From Ramazzottius varieornatus (lineage: Eukaryota; Animalia; Tardigrada), in the NCBI GenBank assembly GCA_001949185.1, contig BDGG01000008.1:1550001-1614000 (forward strand): a stretch of DNA of 64,000 bases, given 5' to 3'. Below the pieces are notes generated by a model. The model made no database searches and was not told the DNA's origin. It saw only the letters and a program-made list of their open reading frames with translations. A program made the position numbers and the translations under genes. The stretch's first letter is position 1. The number at the start of each line of letters is the position of its first letter. Of the stretch, positions 11,834 through 24,200 are shown piece after piece.

Positions 11834-14250
11834 ATGACGACAGGAACTTGTTTATCGATTACTGATTGCTTGATTATCGGTGGAACATTTGCCACAAGCA
11901 AACCCTTCAACAAAAAAAGGTTTTCTAATTTTCTGCCTCCGATTCTAGATGCTCTAGAGTCTACGAAAGCCGGGATTTTCGCCCTGGAATCGCTCTTTGG
12001 GAGAAGCACTGTTCGAAGTTCCGGTATGACGGAGGAAAAGGGAAGGGTTGACAGCGTGGAGAGCGCATCAAATCTGTTCATCTACTTGCAGTCTGTGCTG
12101 GGACAGGAGGAAAATTCTGCCAACGTGGCGATCAGCGGGTTATCGGAGGACGACTTTGCTTATGGCGAGGAGCTGCTCCGAACCGACCTGCACAAAGTGG
12201 AAACAGAGGAGAAAATTCTACAAGAGATTTCGAGGGATATCCATGCCAAAAAAGCGGCTCTGGTTCTAGAGGTGAGCACATCAGTGAATGTGCTACTCGC
12301 GCACCACCGTGACACTTTTCGATATATATATATATGTGCGCGAGTTGATGTGGGAAGCATCGTCATAATAGTTCATAATTGCTTTATTTGTTCCATAGAA
12401 TTATTCGGTTCTTCTGGATGCTTCTCATCGGCTGGAAGAAATATCGAAAGATGTTCCAGAGATCAAAACCAGACTGAACAAGGCCCTTGTGCAGTACTCG
12501 GATACCGAGAAGTTGAATAATGAATTCGTGCAGCGTGTTGCTTCCTTCACAGCAGATAGGACCAACTCACAGAAAGAACTGGCGCAACTTCCCTTGATCC
12601 AGGACCTCTTGGAGATTCCTTTTCTGATGTACAGCCTTTCAAAAGCCGGGCTACTGGATGAGGTGAAATAGCTTATCTATTTTGTATGCTGTTTGGTGTG
12701 TATTCGAATTTCGTTCGGCTATTTACAGGCGGTCGAGTTGGTCTTCTTCGTGGATAAATTGTCTCATCAAGCGCCGTCCAACCAAGCGATCTCCCTTCTC
12801 GCTGAACAATCCCGACAACGAGCTTGGATTCTCATGAATCTACTATCCAACCAGCTACGCACAACGTTCGTGCAGCTTCTAGAGGCCTTAAAGATTGTTT
12901 CGCTTCAGAGAAGGCTGGGGACCGTCCTGGGCATTTCCGTCGAAGAATACATTCGCACCAACTTCCTCCAGGTACACTTTAAAGCGGCTAAAATTTATGG
13001 TCTGCAGGTTTCATGACCGCTTTGTGGCTTTTTACAGTCGAAGAGTATCTACATTAGCAGCCTAGTCCGCGCAGCTCCTCACAAGGAACCCTACCACTCT
13101 CTCACTAAGGTTCTGGAAATTTGTCGGCTGCACTATTTCGACACGATGAACGGATATCTGTCCGTCTTTCCTGATAACCCAAACTTGCCGTCCACCTTAC
13201 GCGTACTTCCTTATTTATGGCTGCAAAACGAGGTATAGTTTCCTCTTCTTCATCGTTATTTCTCATGCCTCTAGAAGGCACCGTTTTAGCAGAGCCACAG
13301 CTCATTATGAAGCGGAGCTTAATGGTGTATCTAATGGACTTTGGATGAGCAGACAATGTGTCCTTTCTTTTTCTTCTCTTTATAGCTCTCCGAACTTTGC
13401 AGTCTGGTGAGGAAAAGTCTACTGTTGGTGGAAGAAACGCGGCTAGAGTCCCTTTACAATCAGTGCAGCAATCTGGCCGAAGCGTTAACGCGGTTTGGCT
13501 CGAACATCGCAAATGTTTTATACGAAACGTTCGTTGACTTCCTGGTCGAGAACCTTCGGACAGATTTCCGGAAAGCCACCGACGAGTATGTATACACCCA
13601 CAAACGCTTAGTCTTCATCCAAAGCCTGAAGTCTTACCAGCGTGAAATACTTGGGCTCTGTCAGTGGTCCCACAGCGATTTCAATTTGCAGGTTTAGTCA
13701 AAAGATTCCGACTGCAGTAAAGAAGCCTCGTCCGACTTTACGTCTACACCAAGACCGGCTGGTCAACGAAACAACTCTGACACCTCCCGAAGAGCTGCTG
13801 GATTTTCCTCTGTTAGCCGAGCTGTGCAACGCAGTGTTGTCTGCCTTGAACCGGCTTCGACACTGCTACTTTCCTAACCTGTTTCCGGTGATTCCGGTGA
13901 TGTCGCACCTCAGCGCCCTACTGGACCAAACCTCCACGGCTTTGACCGAGTATAGTCAGACGGACGCTCGGCAGGTCTTGACCGACCTCGAGGACTACTA
14001 CCTTCGCTTCTTCGTTCCTTTTGTGGAAGAAGTGCGGAGTAAAATGTGTCCTGTGCAACAGGTGGCAGCTGTCTTGGGAATATCAATACAAGAAGCTAGC
14101 AATCTTTTCCCGACTTCTTTTTCACGTTCAAGAACAGATTCAGTTCTGGTTTTAGAGAATAATGTAGAGGAGTTGAGAACGGTGGTTAAGGTGACTAACG
14201 GACATTCGCTGGAAGGTGATGGTTTTCCTGTAACTAATGAACCTACGTGA
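11834..14250 (+). CDS. COG8: Conserved oligomeric Golgi complex subunit 8 (multi-exon; start codon uncertain)
   Basis: LLEIPFLM, LYNQCSNLAEALTRFGSNI and PPEELLDFPLLAELCNAVLSALNRLRHC resemble COG8/Dor1 motifs (LEIPQLM; PP..LLDFPPLA..N..L...N.LR.C). Confidence 0.8.
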
Positions 14251-14329
14251 AGAGAAACCTGGCCGCTTGACCTCCCAGTGGGAGTAAAGCCGCTGAAAGT
14301 CCACCGTTAACGGCTCGTTGATTTTCGTG

Positions 14330-15247
14330 TGGGCAGATGCCGCTTAGTAATAGCCTTAATTCGAACGGGAAAGTTCTGGAACCTGAATTGGCGAGGGCCA
14401 TTTTTGGTAAGTACCCAGCACAGTATATTTACCCTTGACCGCGGTCCGCGGATGAAACTTCTGAAGCCGGTGAACAACCTCGATACGATCGCTTTCTGAA
14501 GTGGCGCACGTTTCGGTCCGGTAACAAGGTCGACTGCGCCACTTGGATAACGATCACCTTGAGGTTGTTTCTCGGCTTCCCGTTTATCGGACATGTCATT
14601 GTTGTAGATCATGTAGAGAAACTATATAAGGATCCCGAGATTGTCCACCAGAAGAGACTGGTGGGTGCTACCAACGCTTTTCTTGCACGTCAGATGGAGA
14701 TGTACGACAGAGCAATCAAGCGATTTCCCGACCTGGACGACCGACCGAAATCGGAAGCGTTGGTCTTGCTGGAGGAGCAAATCAGCAAGAATACTGGCTG
14801 AAACCGGTGGCTGGTCGAAGCAGCTACGACCGGGCCACGAAGTGTCGAAGACTACATCCGAACGAAGATACTGGAAAGCGTCGCTTCCCACTTCGGTCCA
14901 CATCCGACGGAGAACGACGTCAAGAAATGCAGTTCGACCGACGCTTGTTAATATCATGTGTTGGGTGGTCCGGAGACCGCGCTGAAACTGTGGCAGGGAA
15001 AAAGCGTTCTGTACAGGACTGCCAGCCATTTTTTCACTATGACGATTTGGTGGCTGTGTTTTTACGCTGTGACGAAGTTCTTCGTTTGACCGTTTTAGTG
15101 AGTCCGTTTACTTGTTTGGGTTTTGCTGTCGAGAGGTTGAATACCTTCAAGTCTAAGAACATGGAAATGGCGGGGCGAGTCGCTCGGGGATGTCGAACCC
15201 GCCAGCCTAAGAATCTGTTTCACTTAGCACATAATTACATACCGTGA
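14330..15247 (+). pseudogene. Decayed copy of the repeat-domain (BEN-like) gene at 27827-30908, covering domains 3-4
   Basis: GKVLEPELARAIF-G/gtaag intron 14407-14606, then HVEKLYKDPEIV...QMEMYDRAIKRFPDLDDRPKSEALVLLEEQ and the end PKNLFHLAHNYIP*, matching 30289-30908; several frameshifts. Confidence 0.8.
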
Positions 15248-16178
15248 GTCTTAAGATTTTTCTGAATTCTTGCTGTTCCTAACAAGCTGATAAAGTTCTC
15301 GTCTCTCAGTGTATTTCTTGCCTACCCAGCTACCCAGTCAATATTATTGACCTTGTCAAGGAGTTAAGTGGCTCTCTGAATGTACATGTGATGCAAGATC
15401 ACATATTCAACTGAACGCGAATGTCGCGAATGTAACAACCCGGAACTGTCTGTACCGTAATATAATACGATCATTACGATGAATCTCCCGCGACCAATCA
15501 CTGAGTGCGAATAGGCACAGGTAACATGTCCAGCACTCTACAGGACGATCGTCGGCTCCTGCGTGGAAGTATGCCTGTGTCATTTCACGGAGCTATATGA
15601 TTCACTCTGGAGTCTGGACCCTGACATTCTCACAGGCATACAGCCTGCAACCACCACAGTTATTCTCAGAAATCCGGCGGATTCGCCGCACTTGCGTTGG
15701 TCCGCCAGATTCCCCAGCAAGAAATATCCGTCTGGGCGCCAGTTGAAGATTCACAGCTCGTCAATTCGATTGTCGATCAGTTCGACAATGGGATTGTCGG
15801 CAGCTGGCCAACGGTGCGTTGTCGAGCTGATCAAAAAACCAGATGACAAATTCAGAAGTACTGTACAGTACGGCTTTGTGCGTAACGCTCTTCCACTAAA
15901 TTGCAAAGACGAAAACACTTCCCTCTCCGAACTTATCGTATGGCCTAAAAGTAGGACGCGTAGAACGGAATCAATTCTCCCAGGGCAATGCGAAAACACG
16001 AGACTGGAATAGTGCGCTATCTATCGTATGCCCTTGCTTCATGCGTGTACGCAAACCACAAACCAAGTTAGGCCGCCATTCCTCGTCTTTCATCAGATAC
16101 CAGCTAACCTCCTGGTTCCATACTCCGGAATTAAATGCTTTGATACGTGAAACGAATGCTGTGCCAAGTTTGAATCTT

Positions 16179-17687
16179 TCACTCAGTAGCAGCGCTTATA
16201 AGAGGCGTAACTTCTTGTGCTGGTGTTCGCTGGCTTCTTTTCAGTTGAGATAGTGTCAGTCGGTATCCGGTTTTTCGGTTCAGGAGTACGATAATAAAAG
16301 AGATCACGACACATACGGCAGCCATTGCCGTCGAAAAAACAAAGAAAACTAGCCACGGTAATTTCAGCATACTAGCAGCGTTGTTCAGTATAGCTCCCGC
16401 TATGGCCGTCGTAGTTCCCGTACCGGTGTAATGGAAGAACTTTCCGAAGCCCAAGGCGAAACCGACGTTTTCCGGTGCAACGACCAGCGTGAAGCTGGTC
16501 CATACTAATGAGCCGATTATTGAGAATCCGAGACCGATCAAGAGTACCAGCGGTACGGCCGGGAATTTTGGCACAATGCAGAACAAGAACAATGACAGGA
16601 ACAGTACAAGCGCCATTCCGATCATCCAGTATTCCCGATAACCGTACCGGTCTAACAGATGACCAACAACTGGGGTGACAAGACCGACGATGTATACTAG
16701 TCCGATAATGTAGCTGGATTTTGATTCGGAGAACCCGTAAGATTGCTAAAATTGTGGCATTATGGGAGGATCAAGTCACGAAATCGAGTATAGATAGTCT
16801 ACTTACAGCAAGGAAATTAGGTCCGTTTGCAGTGAAGACAGCCACCGTACCATAGTACAAGAATACGATGACAGAGATGGACCAAAAGACTCCGTCCAAA
16901 GTTCGGACGACACTCCAGAGTGTTCCAGGAGTTTTTACAGCTATCCAACTCAAGTTCTCTCCATGATCATGGCTTTCATCGACTTTCCTGTTGTCCAGAT
17001 ACGATATAATGAGGATAAATAGAGCCCCCAAGGATGTCATACCGAAAGCGAGCCACATGACACCTCGCATCTTCAGGACCGGCAATAGTGCACCGAGTAT
17101 GACAAAGGCGCAAGCACTACCAAGCCTATCGAACAAGATTGCAGCAGCAAAGGACAGCCCAAGTTCTTTGTAAAAGAACCACCGAGCTTTTATCCTGTTG
17201 CTGATGACACTGTTGGCCCCACCGCTGAGTCCGGAAATGATCCTTCCGAGCGTCAGAAGAGCCATCGCACCGGAAGTTGAGCTCGTGTAGGTTCCCAGCG
17301 TGTACAACAGTCTGCAATTGACGAACTGTATCATGGAGAATTCTAGCCAATTCACAGATGAGGGCGTGAACTTACGGGCCGAGGAAAAAACTAGCGGCGA
17401 CAAGCCAGAGCGACACCTTGTTTCCATATCTGTCAATGACTATTCCCGACACCAAGGCTCCCACGGCAGCCGCCCACGAATACACGGAAATAACGGTGCT
17501 GAAGTCCATAATGTCGAGATTGAGGCAAGAGTCTGATCCATCGTGACAAGCTTCCGCCGTTCCCGTAAAGCGCTGGACAAGAAGGCTGGTTTCTTGGGAG
17601 AAGAATTCGGTCACAAAGGCGGTAGCGCACAGCCAGATCAGAATCCACCACCGGATATCCATTCATCGCTCTGGAATCATCAGTCAC
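16179..17687 (-). CDS. Major facilitator superfamily transporter, MFSD1-like
   Basis: About 12 hydrophobic segments over 3 exons; MFS motif GIVIDRYG, GRIISGLSGG, RWFFYKELGLSFA, second-half LDRYGYR. Confidence 0.82.
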
Positions 17688-18533
17688 CGTGTCGTATCAT
17701 GATCATACTGATATCTAAGGGTAGTGTTCAGGGAAGAAGAGAAAATTAAATTAAACTCTCAAGTGAAGGATTCAACGATGTCGTCGTTGCGGTTTTTCCG
17801 CAGGTATGATTTTGCTTGCTGAGGAGACAAGTTCAGGAACCGGTAACAAAGGCTTCTTGTCCAGAACGCTGGAGGACCTTGCCTCCAGCACTTGAAGCAT
17901 AACACAAACGACGCCGTCGAGCAAGCCTCGTGGTGGTTCGCCCGAGATTTGTTTCCACAAAGCGCATTGTGACTAATGGGTAACTTATTAATTTTGGAAC
18001 TTGGAACTTTGCAAACTTGGATGAGCAAGTAATGCTTATCCCAGTTCGCCGCTCTAAAGTACAAGTCTTCGAATCACAAAATTTCACACCGATGGTATCA
18101 CTTCGGACGCATACAAAGTAACGTACCAGTACGTGGGGTTCTGGAGGTTTAGGTTGTTGTTTATTGGTTTCAAGTCTTAATTATCCAGACAAAAATCTCC
18201 GCTAGCGGTTGCAATTATGCTACTTGGTAAACTCTCGGCAGACCGCCGATGCAAAGCCAGAATATTTAGAGTGCTCAGAGAAATCTAAAACGAACGCCAA
18301 AGGAAGAGGAGGAAAACTATTAATACATTAATGGTTCAAAGGAGAAAAGCCACGCACGGACCCATTAACTCTACCACGTAAGAAACAGAAGGAATTTTCT
18401 CTCGGAGTAAATCACCGGCCAATGCAATGGGAAAACAACCAGGACAATGGGAAAACAACCAGGAAGTCGTCGACTGAATTATCAAGGCTAACCAATCAAG
18501 AAGAATTTCTTCTTCCGAGTAGCCATACCGTAG

Positions 18534-20263
18534 CTAAACTATTAAACTACAGTACGTGGTGGAGAATTTATCCGGATTTTCGATGTCATGCCGACTTTGT
18601 ATCAACCGAATATCCAAATGTCTCCAGCAGGGCTTTGGGTCCGAACAGTTTTCTACAGGCAAAAAGCAGAAGTGAGCTTTTGATGGTTATTAGTCTTCAT
18701 TAGAACGGACATTGTCAGGTCTACTCACTGTTGTAGAAACTAAGGGTTCGCTTCAGAACCGCCTGCAGTGTTGAGATTGCTAGCTCGCAAGCTTGCTGTA
18801 CATCTCCGGTCTTTGCAACCCAGGCGAGAACTAAAGCAGCGAACAGGTCGCCGGTTCCTCGAAAGTCTGCCGGGAGTTTCGGAATGGTCATACGGAACTG
18901 CTTCCTTGTATGGCCTGTTGCAACCAAATAAGCAAAGGTTTGAATAAAATTCGAAGGACCCCAGCCGGGACAGGGCGAACAAGGTCGCTTTTTCAAGTGG
19001 CCCACGCTTTGAGCCAACAACACTGAAAACTTGCGCCACTTGGAAAAACATTATTGTCGAGTTAGTTTGCGAAGCTGCCTGTTACAGTCGGACGTGCCTC
19101 GAATGCAGCTTCCAAAGCCTATGAGTACTTCCTCGTTGCCCAAATCACTGCTGGAGATGATGACAACAGGCACAGCATACTCCGTGTGCAGTTTGTCGAT
19201 GGCATCGAGTGCGTCCTTTTCTGTCCGTATAGTCATTCCCGTAAGCAATCTATGCCGCACAAAAGGCGTGAGGGGAATATAAAATTGATGTGATCACTTT
19301 GGGCATGAATGCTCGTCACTCAAACGCCAGATGTTTCTGTTTGGACTTACGTCAGGGTAATTTAGACTGCTTACTCTGCTTCAAACTGATTGGGTGTGAT
19401 GATGTCTGCTAACGGAAGGACCGTCGATTTATAGGTCTCCAGCATCTCAACAGGAACATACTAAAGGGAAAAATAAACAGGTCGTCCTACCAACCGCAAG
19501 TACGAGGTACAAATATCGATTTCAGAGGGAGAGATTTCACAAACCATTTTACCATAGTCGCCCATCACCGGATCGCAAACTGTGCAAACAAGAAAGCGCT
19601 GATGAGAAAACGTCGAAGCGAGCTGAGACAATTTTGGATCACATAACGCTTACCGTAGATTAAATCAGGATTAAGACGTTTCAATTCGGTGGCGACGTGC
19701 GCAATTTTCTCCAGCAACGCTTTGGACCTGACAAAGCCTAAAACAAACGGAAGTCCCTCACGGTTATGATTTTATCAAGCGCAATAAGCCTAATGGTTCT
19801 ATAACAGAGGTACCGCTTAGAAGGTGCGTGTGGCGGATTAGATTGTTTGCCCTCAGTCCGTCGTACAGGTCTTGCAGTCCATTCTCGTTCAACGAGATGC
19901 CTTTGGTTGAAGGGTAGCCTATATGGGAGGAACAACAAACTTACGTAAAGTTAACAGGTGAATGAAATGTGTGAGAGGGTGCGGACCTGAATGGTTGGAC
20001 AGCTGGACTGTGTTAACAACATCCACATCGAATCCTAGCACCTGCAAGAATTCGAAGAATGAAACGAGATGGAGGGGTTCCGCTGAACCTGTTCCTCCGA
20101 ACGATCGAACCTGCAAAGGGAACACCGCACTGCGATTCCCTACATATCCGGAAACAACGTGGCTCTGGATGGAGAGAACGCGGGCGTTGGAGCTGTCGTC
20201 CCCGATAGCCAAGTCGCGCAGGTGTTCTTCGGGATGCGTATCATGCAGATCTTGCGCGGCCAT
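18534..20263 (-). CDS. PDXK: Pyridoxal kinase
   Basis: [89 protein letters not shown]. Confidence 0.95.
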
Positions 20264-20606
20264 CCGCAGAGCTCCGGGAGTCACGTGCGCAGTCCGGTGA
20301 ACGACAAGTCCTGTATCCTGATAGTGGTGGCAAGCTACTGTAAGCAGCGAGAAGCTTCGGAATAAGAGCTTTGTACCAGCATAGCTTCGGAGGAGGGAAA
20401 TGGAGAGCTGAGCTGGATCAGTGGTGAATCCGTGGAATCTTCCCTCGCGCGCGGATCTTGCGTGAATGCGTGTTTGGGTTTGATGAAACAGCTGATGCCG
20501 TTACGTCAGGGTTTGTACGATGTCCGTGACGTATGCGACTGGGCGGGTTTTCCCATTCGTCCATTCCTAACTCGTTGTCATGTTAACATTTAGATAACTG
20601 ACATCG

Positions 20607-20687
20607 GTCGCGGTGTCCGAGTGGTTAAGGAGATTGACTAGAAATCAATTGTGCTTGCACGCACAGGTTCGAGTCCTGTCCGCGACG
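20607..20687 (+). tRNA. tRNA-Ser (anticodon AGA)
   Basis: Acceptor stem GTCGCGG/CCGCGAC, D-arm TGTCCGAGTGGTTAAGGA, anticodon arm ATTGA-CTAGAAA-TCAAT, long variable arm, T-loop GGTTCGAGTCC, G discriminator, followed by a T-run Pol III terminator. Confidence 0.95.
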
Positions 20688-21264
20688 AACTTTTTGAAAT
20701 TTCCACTAGAAGATGCATGTGAATTCTGCTACGGCACGATCGACGCGCCATGCTGCAGTAGAACAGCTGCTTCTCCAGGCGAGCGGGTACAGCTTTAAAG
20801 AAGTAGAAGATCCTGCCACATGCCCCTGACGTGACGCAATTTCCAAGTCTAACGATGATTCCGTTGTCAACTTGATTCATGGTTGGTGACGTCAGAAACA
20901 TATACCTAGGTGCCCGAGGCACAAGGGCATTTTCATAAATTATTTTCCCCGATCTTTCTTTCCTGCTCGAGTGCTTGTCGACTCGTTTTCCCTTAATCAC
21001 TTTCCGAGTCTCCAGGAGCCACATCTCGTGCAATTCTTCTTGGCCTGTTCCGGAAGGAAGATTGTGTGAGACGTAGGACACTGCTAAGTGGAGGTACCTA
21101 GCAGAAAGTTGCTTGAATGCTATATTTTTAGATCAGACTTCCGGCTGGATCTGTTTGCATCCTTTTAAATCTGTTTTGTTCTACAATCGCAAGTTCCTGA
21201 CGTCTTCCGCATTCTAGCATGTGCTCTTTACTCCTTATTCCCTAGAGTCGATAGGTGGAAGCAA

Positions 21265-24200
21265 ATGCTGACACGAGCTAGGCTTCTATCCGCGCGGTGG
21301 ACTTTGACTTACTGCCAATCTGTTTTAGGACGGCGACCAGCTGGATACCTCTCCGTCGCTTGCACCAGATCTTATCAGCAAAGCTTATCGGTCAAGGTAA
21401 AAGTTGGACTTCGTCAATCCAGCTACACTAACAGTGCAGCAGTTTGTTGTCATGAACACGTTTCCTCTGCTTCTGCGCCGAGATTAGTCGCTCGTTTAGC
21501 TGTGATGCCTTTCTAGACTCGCTTCCGGCTTGCAATTTCCGCCCACCGGCTTCTAGCATCTTCGCAAGCAAAGAGATTCATCTCGCTGTCCAGTGCTCCT
21601 CGTTCGAAGATGACAACTTCTGATAAGCCGCAGCAGCAGGAGACTGCAGATACGAAGACTGAGTTCACCAACAAGAAAGCATTCGAGCGTCTGCCCAAGA
21701 CAATCGTCCCTTCGCACTACGATCTCCGTATTCAGCCTCGTCTGAAGGATGCCACCTTCGACGGTCAAGTGGAAATTCATGTGCAGGTACAGTACGCGTG
21801 TTTGCTTTACCGATTGTTCTGCTAAGCCTTGCTTCCTTGTTCTTTCTGTTTAGGTCAACGAGTCAACCAACATTGTTACCGTTGATTGTGCCGAGATCGA
21901 AATTTCCGAAGCTGCGTTCATCGGGCACGATGGCAAAGAAATTCCGTCGAAGGACAAGCAAATCCTGAAGGAGATGGAACGCATACGGTAAGGGACGGAG
22001 CTCGTCTTCCTGACCGTGATCTAACGGTAGTCTTGAATGATATGTCGTTATAGCTTCGAATTCGGGGATAAGTTGCCAACTGGCAAAGGCAAGCTTCGCT
22101 TCAAGTACACTGGTGTGCTCAACGATAAGCTCCGTGGATTCTATCGTAACATTTACACCGTTAACGGCGAGGAACGATATGGGGCTTGCACGCAGTTTGA
22201 GGTTAGCATAAATTAATAACCTTGTTCGTCCCATGTGAAGCTGCTGACGTTGTTTACTTCCGTTTAGTCGTGCTTCGCGAGGCAGTGTCTTCCGTGTTGG
22301 GACGAACCTGCCTTCAAAGCCACTTTCGATGTCACACTTGTGGTTGACAAGCACATCGTAGCCCTGTCGAACATGGTAATTATTTTGATGGAGGTTACGT
22401 TTACGTTGAATTGTAATCGTTTGCTTGGACGGGTTATCTTGTTTCAGCCAGTGAAGTCGGAAGAGCCCTTGGAAGGAGATGGCGCCTGGAAAGTGGTCAA
22501 GTACGACACTACGCCGATCATGTCGACCTACCTTCTCGCTCTGGTCGTCGGTGAGTTCGACTTTCTGGAGGACAAAACCGAAGATGGTATCGTCGTTCGA
22601 GTGTATACTCCCCTGGGCAAGAAGGAACAAGGACAGTTCGCCCTGGACGTAAGTTCGAGGTTTTCTGATATATGTGGAAGGCCGGCAAACGAAACGTAAA
22701 AGATTGATTTGTTGAGTGGCACCCGTTTGCAGTGATATGGGCCGGAAGAGTGCGCTGCTTAAAAGACGTGACCAGATCTTTTTTCGCCGAGCGGCACATG
22801 TTTGCAGCGTTAGTGCCCGAGAGCGTGCGCCACTTGACATCACGATTCTGCATGTTTCGTTAGCCGGTCTTCCGTTTTACAGAGGATATGTCTTCGGGGT
22901 CCTGACGATCTATCTGTGATTTCTAGTTTGCAGTAAAGACACTACCGTACTACAGAGAGTTTTTTTCCGTGGCGTACCCACTGCCCAAGTGCGACCTGAT
23001 CGCCATTCAGAACTTCGCCATGGGCGCCATGGAAAATTGGGGCTGCATCACCTTCCGCGAGACTGCCGTTCTTGTTGATCCGAACAACTCTTCGGCAGCT
23101 GGACGACAGCGAGTAGCGCTGGTTGTCGGGCACGAATTGGCCCACATGTGGTTCGGCAACATCGTCACTATGGAATGGTGAGTGATGTATGACAACCGGT
23201 CAACAACTTTTTCCGTCAAATTCAAGGGTTATCTTTTCTCTTGTGAAACCTTTCTTGATCATCCCAGGTGGACTGAGCTGTGGCTGAACGAGGGTTTCGC
23301 TTCTTTTGTCGAACACATCAGCGTAGAGAAGCAGTTTCCCGACTGGAAGATTTGGTATCAGTTCGTCGATGATTTCTTTTCCAGCGCTATGAAGCTTGAT
23401 GCTTTGAACAGGTAAGACCGTTTAAATGCTTATTCATTATCCTAGAAGGTTTTCCATCCCCTTGTTATTGGGTTCCTTTAGTTCCCACCCGATCGAAGTG
23501 CCGGTCGGTCACCCCGATGAAGTGGAGGAAATTTTCGACGCCATTTCGTACGAGAAAGGTGCATCCGTCATTCGCATGTTGTTTGACTTCCTCGGTGAAG
23601 AGGTAAGTTCGAAAACGTTCTCGTTTGTACCGAGTTGAACACGAACAAAGTTTCGTCTTCTAGGGCTTTAAAGCCGGTCTTTCCAACTACCTGCAAGAGT
23701 TCGAGTACAAGAATGCCACCACGAAGGACCTGTGGCGTCACTTTGAGCAGGCTACCGGTAAGCCCGTTTCCACCATCATGAGTGACTGGACCATGAAGAA
23801 GGGATACCCAGTTGTCGCTGTGAGTTATATGCGAATCAATTTTGTAACGATAAGCTAAGGGAACTTCTGTTGAAGGAAATTTTAAGGAAAATTGCTAAAT
23901 AAAACTTTGGAAATTTTGGGTTGATTCTGTTTGGTTGTTTTCGGTAGGCTGATCTTGAATATGGCAAGAACGGCAAAGCTACGTTGAAGCTCAGTCAGAA
24001 GAAGTTTTCGCTGTTGGACCAAGGTGAGCAGAACCTCTGGAGCATTCCCATGACAGTTCAAGTCCTGCCGACCAACGAACGACAGGGTGTCGGACTGGTC
24101 AAGCAGATGTTCGATAAGAGGGAAGACAACTTCACGCTGGACAATGTCCAGGAGACCCAACCTGTTTTGGTAAGCAACCGGCCCACATCTAGGAACTCGG

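Noticed and set aside
15563-16012. 149-aa ORF between the pseudogene and the MFS gene
   Set aside because: Non-ATG start, no recognisable similarity or splice context.
18426-18465. 20-nt tandem duplication (AATGGGAAAACAACCAGGA x2)
   Set aside because: Isolated two-copy slippage in the UTR/intergenic region; no sign of function.
21863-22843. 326-aa minus-strand ORF
   Set aside because: Antisense shadow of NPEPPS exons and introns; no recognisable motifs.
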